From: Candidatus Daviesbacteria bacterium
GTDB taxonomy: Bacteria; Patescibacteriota; Microgenomatia; Daviesbacterales; UBA10151
Reading direction: 5' to 3'
Assembly: GCA_028687915.1 (NCBI GenBank)
Contig: JAQTZF010000001.1
Location: 546,634 to 610,633 of the forward strand
DNA length: 64,000 nt
Shown here piece by piece: positions 9,812 through 19,121 of this stretch. The notes beneath the pieces were generated by a model. The model was not told where the DNA came from, searched no databases, and worked only from the letters and a program-made list of their open reading frames with translations. Each line of letters starts with the position of its first letter. Position 1 is the stretch's first letter. The translations under genes were made by a program, and so were the position numbers.

Positions 9812-11722
9812 ATGAATATTACTAATTTAAATAAAAAACTTAATACCCTAAAACGCGCAGATGCTTCAAAAAGATCCAAAAAGGGTTGGAAATCAAGATT
9901 AATAAAATCTCTAGTTATTTTGGGAATTTTATTTCTAATTGTTTATCTGCCAGCCAGAAATATTTATTCTTCAGCAAAAAAAGCTGTTATTGGATTAAAT
10001 CAGATAAATGCAGGTATGAAAGCAGAGAATCTGCAGGATATTAGAGCTGGAGTAGATACTACTAAGGCTTCTATAGATAGTATTAGTTTTTCATTAAATT
10101 TCTATTTTTACCTTAGAATTATTCCTTTCGTAGGAGGATATTATGGTGATATTAAACATTTTGCTGAGGCAGCAAGCGATGAAATGCAAGCTGCTCAAAT
10201 AATTATTAAGGAGCTAGAGCCATATAAAAATGAACTAGGTTTTACAGGTCAATCCACAGCTGGTCAGGACAGGATTGCACAAGTGGTGAAGGTATTGGAT
10301 AAAACCTTGCCTGCAATTGATAAATTTGAACCATACATGAAAAAAGCCCGTAATGAAGTAAGTAGTATTGATGTAAATAAATATCCAGAGACTATTGGTG
10401 GGAGAATGTTAAAAAATAGGATTGATGAAGCTAAAAACTTTATTGTGGGAGCTCATATAGCTGTAACAGATGCCAGACCGGTACTTGAAGTTGCACCAAG
10501 TGTATTAGGGGAACCCAGCGCTAAAACTTATCTTATGTTGTTTCAAAATGATAAAGAGCTTCGAGCAACCGGAGGTTTTTTGACTGCCTATACTTTCTTA
10601 AAATTAGACCGGGGACATTTAACTACCACCCAATCTGATGATATTTATAGATTGGATGAAAGACTATTAAAAGTTTGTTTAAATAAGGTTTGTCCCTTGA
10701 CTCCTCCGGCACCAATTGTGAGATATTTACCAGAAGTAACAGGAAAACCCCGTACTGCATGGTCAATGAGGGATTCCAATCTTTCTCCTGATTTGCCAAC
10801 TTCAGTGAAAGACTTTGAAAGAATGTATGCAATGGTAGATAGCGCAAATGCATACAACGGAATTATTACTATTGATACTAATGTGGTAGAAGAGCTAATT
10901 AAAATTACAGGACCCATAGAGGTAAATGGTACAAAATATAGTGCAGAAATTGATAAAAGGTGTAATTGCGCTAATGTTATCTATGAATTAGAACATTATG
11001 CTGAGGTTGCTTCAAAAGGAGAAGCAGATAGGAAGGAAGTTGTTGGAACACTGATGCAAAGTATTTTGGCAAAACTTTTGGGATCTGGTATTGATAAAAT
11101 ACCAACCTTTATAAATGTGGGAGTAAAGTTAGCAAATGATAAACATATCATGATGTATATGGATGATCAAAAAGCCCAACAAGCTTTTGCCCAACTTAAC
11201 TGGACTGGTGAAATTAAAAAGGATGTTTTGGGTGATTATCTGCATATTAATGATTCTAATTTTGCCGGAGGAAAATCTAATTTATATGTGACAGAAAAAG
11301 TGACTTTAGAAATTAAAGTTAATGGAGATGGATCAGTTAAAAATAAGGTAACCATAGATTACAAAAACCCTCAGCCATTTAGTCTCTGGTTAAATGGTAT
11401 AAATCGTAGTTATGTTCGAATTTATGCCCCCAGGGGCTCTAAATTGACATATTCCAAAGGATCAGACGATCCTGTAAATGAGGTTGATGATGAGGTTTTA
11501 AACAAAACATATTTTGAAGGTTTCGTACAAGTCAGACCACAAAATTCCAGAACTTTAGTTCTAGAATATACTTTGCCATTTAAAGTTACAGATAAGAAAT
11601 ACCCTTTATTAATTCAAAAGCAGCCTGGTACAAAAGATTATCATTACACAGTTAAGATTAATGGTGTCACTAAAGCAGATCTTGATTTAAATACTGATAA
11701 AACACTTAATTTAACCTACTAA
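9812..11722 (+). CDS. Large membrane-anchored extracytoplasmic protein of unknown function
   Basis: It has one N-terminal TM helix (LVILGILFLIVYLPA) followed by an exported domain of about 600 aa. No motif I can name was recognised. It lies at the end of the glycan cluster. The ATG at 9812 is preferred over the GTG at 9791. Confidence 0.4.
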   Translation: MNITNLNKKLNTLKRADASKRSKKGWKSRLIKSLVILGILFLIVYLPARNIYSSAKKAVIGLNQINAGMKAENLQDIRAGVDTTKASIDSISFSLNFYFYLRIIPFVGGYYGDIKHFAEAASDEMQAAQIIIKELEPYKNELGFTGQSTAGQDRIAQVVKVLDKTLPAIDKFEPYMKKARNEVSSIDVNKYPETIGGRMLKNRIDEAKNFIVGAHIAVTDARPVLEVAPSVLGEPSAKTYLMLFQNDKELRATGGFLTAYTFLKLDRGHLTTTQSDDIYRLDERLLKVCLNKVCPLTPPAPIVRYLPEVTGKPRTAWSMRDSNLSPDLPTSVKDFERMYAMVDSANAYNGIITIDTNVVEELIKITGPIEVNGTKYSAEIDKRCNCANVIYELEHYAEVASKGEADRKEVVGTLMQSILAKLLGSGIDKIPTFINVGVKLANDKHIMMYMDDQKAQQAFAQLNWTGEIKKDVLGDYLHINDSNFAGGKSNLYVTEKVTLEIKVNGDGSVKNKVTIDYKNPQPFSLWLNGINRSYVRIYAPRGSKLTYSKGSDDPVNEVDDEVLNKTYFEGFVQVRPQNSRTLVLEYTLPFKVTDKKYPLLIQKQPGTKDYHYTVKINGVTKADLDLNTDKTLNLTY

Positions 11723-11775
11723 ACTAACCCATAATAATTGAAAATATCCTAACTTTGTGCTAAACTGCGTCGGTT

Positions 11776-12207
11776 ATGGCTAATAAAGAATTACCTCCTA
11801 TAATTCCAGATGAAGGACCTATTCCGGTAGGATCTATTATTCGTGCCAAAAGGCAATTTCTTGGAATTGCTATAGAAGATTTTGCAAGACAAATAAAATA
11901 TAATCCAGCATATGTTGGTCAGATGGAATCTGGATATAGGAATCAAAAACCTGGTCCTGTTTTTTTAGCTAAGGCTGCAAATAGATTAAATTTTGATTCA
12001 GTTCAACAACTTAGAGAAACTTCCCGAGAACAAATAACTGAATGGCGGGGAGGAGATAATGTTTTTGCGGATATAAAGATGCCGGAAGGGGATGATGCTT
12101 CGATACTGGAAAATAGTGAAAACAGGTCTGGTCTTTTACGGGCTTTAGCATGGCATACACAAAGAATCGATCAAATTATCAATAAGCTAAAGCAGCTAGA
12201 AAAATAA
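11776..12207 (+). CDS. Helix-turn-helix (XRE-like) DNA-binding protein
   Basis: IRAKRQFLGIAIEDFARQIKYNPAYVGQMESG resembles an XRE-family HTH. Confidence 0.45.
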   Translation: MANKELPPIIPDEGPIPVGSIIRAKRQFLGIAIEDFARQIKYNPAYVGQMESGYRNQKPGPVFLAKAANRLNFDSVQQLRETSREQITEWRGGDNVFADIKMPEGDDASILENSENRSGLLRALAWHTQRIDQIINKLKQLEK

Positions 12208-12237
12208 AAAAGATTATTCTTATGGATTCTTTAGAAA

Positions 12238-13086
12238 TTAAAGAATGTGGTTTTCGAAGATAAATTTACCTATTTCATTACTAATTAAATAGATCCCTTT
12301 TGGAGAAGGGTGAATATAATCATCTTTACTAACATAATCTAAATTTAAATCACCATCAGAACCCAGAGATTTTGAGAAGACATCTATTACTGGAATATTG
12401 TGAGATTTAGCATATTCCATATGATTTTTAATATAAGCAATCCTTTCTTCTGCCCATTTTTGTCTTACTTCTGGTGTTAAATTATTTATTTTTTCAGCAT
12501 AATGTTTTTTACTGGGAGCAATAGTTGCTACAAAAACAATTTTGGCATGATTATTATTATCTCTGATTGTTTTAACAATATTATCCAATGCTTCTGTTTG
12601 TTTTTGTAATCCTTCTGGTAGTGGTAATTCTGATAAAGGATTGTGTCCAAATGATTCAATTAAAATTAAATCAAACTCAATTTCTGTAATTGGACGAAAT
12701 ACTCTTCCATGAAATGTATCACCTTCTAACCTTTGTTGAACTGAGAGTATATTGGTTGAACCAAAACCGTAATTTAAGACTTCAAAGCTGTTCCTGGGGT
12801 AATTTTTAGCCAGGTTTGCCCGTAATTCATCACTGTTACCCAGAGCTTCAGTCATAGAATCACCCAGTAATAAAAGTGTATAGTCTTCCTGGTATTTAAC
12901 TTTCTTCTTACCATTAACCACAAATTCTTTAGGTTTATAAGTGTAGGAAACGCTACTTACACTTTTGTCTTTTATCTTTTTTGTTAAAAAGTTTTTGATA
13001 TCTGTGGATTTTGCAAGAAGTACAGCTATGAAAATAGCTGATGCAAGTAATACAAAAAAGAAAACTAACGATTTAGTTTTTTGCAT
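12238..13086 (-). CDS. SGNH/GDSL-family hydrolase, membrane-anchored
   Basis: It has an N-terminal TM helix. The GDS motif lies in LLLLGDSMTEAL and the DxxH motif in DYIHPSPKG. Confidence 0.6.
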   Translation of the reverse strand: MQKTKSLVFFFVLLASAIFIAVLLAKSTDIKNFLTKKIKDKSVSSVSYTYKPKEFVVNGKKKVKYQEDYTLLLLGDSMTEALGNSDELRANLAKNYPRNSFEVLNYGFGSTNILSVQQRLEGDTFHGRVFRPITEIEFDLILIESFGHNPLSELPLPEGLQKQTEALDNIVKTIRDNNNHAKIVFVATIAPSKKHYAEKINNLTPEVRQKWAEERIAYIKNHMEYAKSHNIPVIDVFSKSLGSDGDLNLDYVSKDDYIHPSPKGIYLISNEIGKFIFENHIL

Positions 13087-13156
13087 GCCTTACTATGCTC
13101 ATACTTAAGCAATTAATTCAAGTTATAAACCTGGAATCAGGTATAATGCAAGTGAA

Positions 13157-13798
13157 ATGGTATCTACTACAGAAGGAATTATTATAAAAAGAAGTAACTA
13201 TGGTGAGGCTGACAGGATTTTGACAGTAGTTACTCCCTATAAAGGAAAAATTAAGATTGTTGCCAAAGGTGTAAGAAGAATTACGTCTCGGCGTGGAGGT
13301 AATGTAGAACTTTTAAATAAAGTTAGGCTGCATATTTATGAAGGTAAGGGGATGCCAATTTTAACAGAAGCTGAATCTATACAAACATTTCCTAAAATAA
13401 AAAGTGATTTAGTGATGTTGTCATATGGTTCATATATTATTGAGCTAGCAGAAAAGTTATTACCCGAAGAACAGGCTAATCCTGCTGCTTATCAATTATT
13501 AGCTTCGATTTTAGGTTTACTTGAAACAAATCCAAGACAAATATTTATCAGGGCATATGAAATAAAGCTACTATCTGTGATGGGTTTTTGGTCACCAGAT
13601 GAAGTTTCTGTGTCTTCTGAAATAAGAAATCTTTTAGAAAATCTACAAAGAGAAAGCTGGGATAATATAGAAAAAATGAATATTAATCAAAATCAGGCTA
13701 TGGAACTAGAGAAACTAGTGCGTTATTATATAGAAAAGATTTTGGAGCACCCAATGCAGTCTGTTAAAATACTCCAGAAACTAAAACAAAATGGATAA
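13157..13798 (+). CDS. recO: DNA repair protein RecO
   Basis: The N-terminal OB-fold pattern EGIIIKRSNYGEADRILTVVTPYKGKIKIVAKGVRR matches RecO. Confidence 0.6.
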   Translation: MVSTTEGIIIKRSNYGEADRILTVVTPYKGKIKIVAKGVRRITSRRGGNVELLNKVRLHIYEGKGMPILTEAESIQTFPKIKSDLVMLSYGSYIIELAEKLLPEEQANPAAYQLLASILGLLETNPRQIFIRAYEIKLLSVMGFWSPDEVSVSSEIRNLLENLQRESWDNIEKMNINQNQAMELEKLVRYYIEKILEHPMQSVKILQKLKQNG

Positions 13799-15188
13799 AG
13801 ATTTACTAGAAAAAGTTGTAGCATTATGTAAAAGACGGGGTTTTATATTCCCTGGATCTGAAATATATGGAGGACTTGCCAATACCTATGATTTTGGCCC
13901 TCTTGGAGCAGAGTTGAAACGTAATTTAACTAATTATTGGTGGCAGAACTTTGTATCAAAAAGAGAAGATATGTTAGGTTTGGATTCATCTATTTTAATG
14001 AGCCCAAAAGTTTGGGAGGCATCAGGTCATACAGCCAGCTTTACCAACGTATTAATAGATTGCACGACTTGTAAACTTCGAACCAGGGCTGATCATCTGA
14101 TAGAGGATGCCATGCCTGAAGTAAAAGATGTTGAAGGACTACCATTGGAAGAGTTGGATAAAATAATAGAAGAGAATAAAATTAAGTGTCCAAATTGTGG
14201 AAAAACAACCTGGACAAAGTCACGAAATTTTAATCAGTTATTTGAAACTCAGGTTGGAATTATTACTTCTGATAAAAATACAGCATATTTAAGGGGAGAA
14301 TTGGCTCAGGGAATGTTTGTTAATTTTAAACAGGTTTTAGACAGTATGCACCCCAAGCTTCCTTTTGGTTTAGCCCAATCCGGTAAGGTTTTTAGGAACG
14401 AAATAACCATGGGTAAATTTACTTTTAGGACCCTGGAGTTTGATTTAGCAGAATTTGAATATTTTGTACGCCCAGATGAATGGGAAAAGCACTTTGAATA
14501 TTGGAAACAAGAAATGTGGCAATTTGCATTATCTTTAGGACTTGATGAGAATAAATTACGCTGGAGATCACACAGCGTAAAAGAATTGTCCCATTATTCC
14601 AAAAGAACTGAGGATTTAGAATATGAATTCCCCTGGGGATTTAAAGAAATGTGGGGTTTAGCATATCGAACTGATTTTGATCTAAAAAATCATATGGAAC
14701 AATCCGGAATAGATTTAAGATACATGGATCCATATACCAATGAAAGATTTATTCCGCATGTTATTGAACCAACTTTTGGTGTGTCTCGTTTGATAACAAT
14801 ATTATTAATGAATGCTTATTTTGAAGACACTGAAAAACAAAGAGTTGTCTTAAAGCTACCAATAAAGTTAGCTCCTTTTAAAGCAGCTGTATTTCCATTG
14901 CTTTCCAATAAACCGGAATTGGTAAAGAAGGCCAGAGATATTTATCTTGATTTGAAAAAAGATTTTGTTGTTGCCTGGGATGAACGGGGTAATATTGGAA
15001 AAAGGTATGCCTCACAAGATGAAGCAGGTACACCACTTTGTTTAACTATTGACTTCCAAACGATGGAGGATGATACAGTAACTATTAGAGATCGTGACAG
15101 CGCAAAACAAGAAAGAATTGCGGTTAATAAAATTCATGAATTTATTGAGGAAAAATTAAATGGCAGACTTAGAGGGTTATCTTCATAG
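13791..15188 (+). CDS. glyQS: Glycine--tRNA ligase (class II, alpha2 type)
   Basis: LCKRRGFIFPGSEIYGGLANTYDFGPLGAELKRNL, and the zinc-ribbon insertion CPNCGK, are characteristic of dimeric GlyRS. Confidence 0.8.
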   Translation: MDKDLLEKVVALCKRRGFIFPGSEIYGGLANTYDFGPLGAELKRNLTNYWWQNFVSKREDMLGLDSSILMSPKVWEASGHTASFTNVLIDCTTCKLRTRADHLIEDAMPEVKDVEGLPLEELDKIIEENKIKCPNCGKTTWTKSRNFNQLFETQVGIITSDKNTAYLRGELAQGMFVNFKQVLDSMHPKLPFGLAQSGKVFRNEITMGKFTFRTLEFDLAEFEYFVRPDEWEKHFEYWKQEMWQFALSLGLDENKLRWRSHSVKELSHYSKRTEDLEYEFPWGFKEMWGLAYRTDFDLKNHMEQSGIDLRYMDPYTNERFIPHVIEPTFGVSRLITILLMNAYFEDTEKQRVVLKLPIKLAPFKAAVFPLLSNKPELVKKARDIYLDLKKDFVVAWDERGNIGKRYASQDEAGTPLCLTIDFQTMEDDTVTIRDRDSAKQERIAVNKIHEFIEEKLNGRLRGLSS

Positions 15189-15362
15189 GGATGCTCATTT
15201 GTATATGTATACAAATGAAAAAATAAGAATAGCATCTACAAATTGGAGGGTTTTCAGGCAAATGTTTGAATTAGAAATGCAGCGTAGGGATGAGTCTGTA
15301 ATGAATAAGAAACTATATTCTTATCGTACTGGTACAGAAAGAAGTAAATAATTTTACAAAAA

Positions 15363-16244
15363 ATGCTAACTTTAAAGAGTGTCATTAGTAATAAATTTAA
15401 TTTCATACTTATTCTTATTGTCCTATTACTTTTAGGTGGAGGATTTTTTGCCTATCAAAAATTTGTTGCTTCCAGGGCACAAGAACAAGTACTGGAGGAG
15501 GTTGATTTAGCTTTTGATGCAGAAGGCCCTTATGCTATTCTTTATCCAAGAAGAGATGGGAATGCCTTAGTTTTAAATCTTAAAAGAACTGGTTCCTACG
15601 ATAAAATTAGTTATGATTTGGCTTATGTTAGTGATAATGGTGATAATACTGAAGCAGGTTCTGATGGGGCGTCTGCCGGAATAGATAGAGGTGTGTCTGG
15701 AGATATTAATACTAAGGATAAAAAAGGTGAATATGAACAAGAAATATTATTTGGAACATGTAGTAAGAATATTTGTAAGTATGATACCGGCGTAGAGAAT
15801 GGGACATTAACCCTTCATATTCAAAAAGGAAATAAAGCCTACAGGATGATTACACAATGGCATATTCAAAAACCAGATGTAGCTTTAGGTAAATTGACTT
15901 CAGGAGACACTCATCTTGTTTATCAGATTGATAAAAGTTCAGCAAATGAATTATCTTTAACTAGTTATTCTATAATCAATGATTTATCAGGTGCTCCTAA
16001 ATTACCTTCTGATAAACAGGTTATGGGTAAAGTTTATGCAGTAAATGTACCAGTGGCTAAAATTATGCCTCCTGGATCAATTACAATTGAGCTTGCAGAG
16101 GCACCTCCACAAGACGCAAAGATAACCCGTTTTGACGAAACTTCCGGTAAATGGATAGAGATGGATACAAAAATAAATGGCAGTACGCTAACTGCTTCAA
16201 GCGACAGCGCAGGGGTTATTACAGTCCTTTCCTCTAAAAAATAA
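15363..16244 (+). CDS. Hypothetical exported protein, N-terminal TM anchor
   Basis: It has a hydrophobic N-terminus (FNFILILIVLLLLGGGFFAY). No recognisable domain was found. Confidence 0.35.
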   Translation: MLTLKSVISNKFNFILILIVLLLLGGGFFAYQKFVASRAQEQVLEEVDLAFDAEGPYAILYPRRDGNALVLNLKRTGSYDKISYDLAYVSDNGDNTEAGSDGASAGIDRGVSGDINTKDKKGEYEQEILFGTCSKNICKYDTGVENGTLTLHIQKGNKAYRMITQWHIQKPDVALGKLTSGDTHLVYQIDKSSANELSLTSYSIINDLSGAPKLPSDKQVMGKVYAVNVPVAKIMPPGSITIELAEAPPQDAKITRFDETSGKWIEMDTKINGSTLTASSDSAGVITVLSSKK

Positions 16245-16315
16245 TTCATTTTCACAGGATTTTAATTTTTCTCTATTAGCTTCATAATTTGTGTTTTTTT
16301 CGTGAAAAAAGGGTC

Positions 16316-16343
16316 TTGACATATTATCTGTATGGTTTATTAT
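16316..16343 (+). promoter_or_regulatory. Candidate sigma70-type promoter upstream of mraZ (TTGACA-N16-TATTAT)
   Basis: TTGACA at 16316-16321 and TATTAT at 16338-16343 lie about 75 nt upstream of the mraZ start, in the position expected for a Pmra-like promoter. Confidence 0.4.
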
Positions 16344-16419
16344 GGTAAAAGATGGTGAAAAAAGGTGAAATCATTTAATTAATGATTTTATCAATATATT
16401 CTGCCCAGAAAGACACTAT

Positions 16420-16839
16420 ATGTTTTTGGGCGAATATCAAACAAAGTTTTCTGGACAAGGAAGAATTGTACTACCTAAAAAGTTTCGTAAGGAACTAATT
16501 AATGGTAAGGAGATTGTTTTAAGCAGAGGATTTGATGGGTGTATTTGGGGTTATTCTGTGACAGGTTTTACTAAAGAAGCAGAGAGGCAACTGGCAATCT
16601 CTCCCACAGAAGAAGGAGCCAGACATTTAAGAAGGTATTTGTTTTCAGGAGCAGAGGAAACAATATTAGATGAGCAGGGAAGATTTATTATTCCGAAGCA
16701 ACTGATTGATTATGCAAACATAACAGATGAGGTTGTTTTAATAGGAACAGGTGATCATTTTGAAATCTGGAATCCTAAAAAATGGAATGAGTTGATAAAC
16801 AAAATTTTAAAGAAGGGAAAACAAGATGACAATAATTAA
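16420..16839 (+). CDS. mraZ: Transcriptional regulator MraZ
   Basis: MFLGEYQTKFSGQGRIVLPKKFR plus a second repeat match the MraZ double SpoVT/AbrB-like fold. It is the first gene of the dcw cluster. Confidence 0.85.
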   Translation: MFLGEYQTKFSGQGRIVLPKKFRKELINGKEIVLSRGFDGCIWGYSVTGFTKEAERQLAISPTEEGARHLRRYLFSGAEETILDEQGRFIIPKQLIDYANITDEVVLIGTGDHFEIWNPKKWNELINKILKKGKQDDNN

Positions 16840-16896
16840 AAAAATATGGTTATTAAATTCATTAATGAAACTTTGGATAGCTCCTATTAAATAAAT

Positions 16897-17214
16897 ATGA
16901 AAAGAATTATTTTAGAAGATAAAAAGAGAAGATTAGTGCCAGTGCGTTTAGTAGTAATGGGCTTAAGTATTTTTTTAGTTGTATTGTTTTTAGAAATTTG
17001 GGTAGTAAACAGAACTTCTACCTATGGTGATAAGATTTATCAGTTAAAACAAGCTCAAGCTGCTTTAGAACTTGAAAATCAGGTTCTATCTAATAAAATT
17101 GCTGAAACATCAGCAATGGTATTACTCGAGAAAAAAGCTAATAACTTAGGTTTTAATACAATTAATCAAATAGATTACATCAAATTCTCTGATAAACTTG
17201 CTTCTGCTAATTAG
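16897..17214 (+). CDS. ftsL: FtsL-like cell division protein (TM plus coiled coil)
   Basis: It is 105 aa, with a single TM helix and then a heptad-like segment QLKQAQAALELENQVLSNKI. It sits between mraZ and ftsI. Confidence 0.5.
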   Translation: MKRIILEDKKRRLVPVRLVVMGLSIFLVVLFLEIWVVNRTSTYGDKIYQLKQAQAALELENQVLSNKIAETSAMVLLEKKANNLGFNTINQIDYIKFSDKLASAN

Positions 17215-17259
17215 TTTGTGTAAGAATTATTTTGGTTCCAAATTTAAGAGTATTTTCCC

Positions 17260-18975
17260 ATGAGGCTAAAGCTGGTTAAAATAATTTATTACTTTTTTAT
17301 TTTCCTAATAATTGTCAGATTATTTTATTGGCAGGTAATAAGATTTGATGATATGTCTGCATTGGCAGAGAAACAGCATTTAACGACTTCTTCTATAAGT
17401 GCTCCCAGAGGTTTAATTCTTTCAGAGGATGGTGGAATTTATGCCACAAATAAACCAGTTTATACTCTGTTTGTTAATCCTTTATTACTTAAGGATAAGA
17501 AAATAGTTGCTTCACAACTGGCAAAAATTATTGTTTTATCAAAAAATGTTTCTGAAACTGACTTTAAACAAGCACTCTTAACTAAACAGGATGAATTAAG
17601 TAATAAACTTAATCAAAATTTAAGCTGGGTTGCTTTGGAGAGAAATATTGAATTAGAAACAAAAAATTCAATTGAAGAATTAAAAATCCCGGGATTAGGC
17701 TTTGATGAAAGTTCTGCCAGGCTTTATCCGGAAGCTTCTTCTGCTGCTAATATTTTAGGGTTTGTGGGTTCTGATAAATTAGGAAATCCAAAGGGTTATT
17801 TTGGGATAGAAGGATATTATGACCGGCAATTAACCGGAGTTAGGGGAGAAGTAACAGAAGAAAAAGATGCTGGTGGTTTACCTATTTTGATGGGAACTTT
17901 TTTACAGCAGGAATCTAAAAAGGGCTATGATTTAACCTTAAATATTGATCGGGGTGTGCAATATATTGTGGAAAAGAAGTTAAAAGCAGGCTTAGAAAAA
18001 TATGGAGCCAAATCTGGTTCAGTTGTAATTATGGAGCCAAAAACGGGTGCTATTTTAGCAATGGCAAATTATCCAAATTACGACCCAAATAATTATACAA
18101 ATTTTTCAAAAGAAGCCTTTAAAAATTTAGTGGTTGCTGATACTTATGAACCTGGTTCAACTTTTAAAACCTTAATTATGGCAGCCGGTATTAATGAAAA
18201 TGTGGTTAAGCCAGATACTAAATGTGATACTTGTGATGGTCCTGTCACCATTGGGGAGTATAAGATACGTACCTGGGATAATAAATATCGAAAAGACGAG
18301 ACAATGCAGGATGTTCTTACTCAGTCTGATAATACAGGAATGGTTTTTGTGGGCAATAAATTGGGTCAGGATAAACTGCTTAATTATATTCAGAAATTTG
18401 GGATAGGTAAGTTAACTCAGATTGATTTAGAGGATGAGGTAAGCCCTGATATAAGGCTTAAAAAAGACTGGAAAGAGATTGATTATGCAACAGCAACATT
18501 TGGACAGGGAATTGCTGTTACACCAATTCAGATGATTCGGGCAGTTGCATCTATTGCTAATGGAGGGTATTTAGTAGAACCTCATGTTGTGAAGTCTATT
18601 AACACTAAAGATAAAGTTACAACAATTAAGCCAAAAATTATTGGTCAGCCAATTTCCAGGGAAACTGCTTATACAGTAACTCAAATGATGGTAAAGGCAG
18701 TTGATGAGGGTGAGGCTGGTAGTTATGCACCAAAAAATTATAAGATTGCCGGTAAGACTGGAACCGCTCAAATTCCAATTGCAGGTCATTATGACGCAGC
18801 CAGATATGTTGCATCATTTGTTGGGTTTGCCCCAGCAGATAACCCTAAATTTATAATGCTTGTTCGTTATGTTGAGCCAACATCTTCTATATATGGAACT
18901 TCAACAGCTGCCCCAACATTTTTTGAAATAGCTAAAGAACTTTTTTCTTATTATCAAATTACGCCTGACCGATAG
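17260..18975 (+). CDS. ftsI: Penicillin-binding protein transpeptidase (FtsI/PBP2-like)
   Basis: An N-terminal TM helix is followed by the STFK, SDN and KTGT (KTGTAQ) transpeptidase motifs. Confidence 0.8.
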   Translation: MRLKLVKIIYYFFIFLIIVRLFYWQVIRFDDMSALAEKQHLTTSSISAPRGLILSEDGGIYATNKPVYTLFVNPLLLKDKKIVASQLAKIIVLSKNVSETDFKQALLTKQDELSNKLNQNLSWVALERNIELETKNSIEELKIPGLGFDESSARLYPEASSAANILGFVGSDKLGNPKGYFGIEGYYDRQLTGVRGEVTEEKDAGGLPILMGTFLQQESKKGYDLTLNIDRGVQYIVEKKLKAGLEKYGAKSGSVVIMEPKTGAILAMANYPNYDPNNYTNFSKEAFKNLVVADTYEPGSTFKTLIMAAGINENVVKPDTKCDTCDGPVTIGEYKIRTWDNKYRKDETMQDVLTQSDNTGMVFVGNKLGQDKLLNYIQKFGIGKLTQIDLEDEVSPDIRLKKDWKEIDYATATFGQGIAVTPIQMIRAVASIANGGYLVEPHVVKSINTKDKVTTIKPKIIGQPISRETAYTVTQMMVKAVDEGEAGSYAPKNYKIAGKTGTAQIPIAGHYDAARYVASFVGFAPADNPKFIMLVRYVEPTSSIYGTSTAAPTFFEIAKELFSYYQITPDR

Positions 18976-19116
18976 AGTATAATTGTCTCGATTTCATCTC
19001 GCGCTTGAAACTCTAGCGAGTTATAATCGTCTCGATTTCATCTCGCGCTTGAAACTCTAGCGAGTTATAATCGTCTCGATTTCATCTCGCGCTTGAAACT
19101 CTAGCGAGTTATAATA
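18976..19116. repeat. Intergenic 44-bp tandem repeat x3, each unit carrying a hairpin and a TATAAT hexamer
   Basis: The unit GTCTCGATTTCATCTCGCGCTTGAAACTCTAGCGAGTTATAATC recurs with period 44, starting at 18985, 19029 and 19073. The first copy has 2 substitutions. Each unit contains the inverted repeat CTCGC...GCGAG. Confidence 0.85.
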
Positions 19117-19121
19117 TTATA

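Noticed and set aside
15160-15351. 63-aa ORF after glyQS.
   Set aside because: It overlaps the glyQS 3' end and has no motif. It is probably intergenic noise. The 174-bp gap may hold a terminator instead.
18976-19116. Considered whether the 44-bp repeats could be a CRISPR array.
   Set aside because: The units abut each other with no intervening unique spacers. There are only three copies, and no cas genes are nearby. It is a plain tandem repeat.
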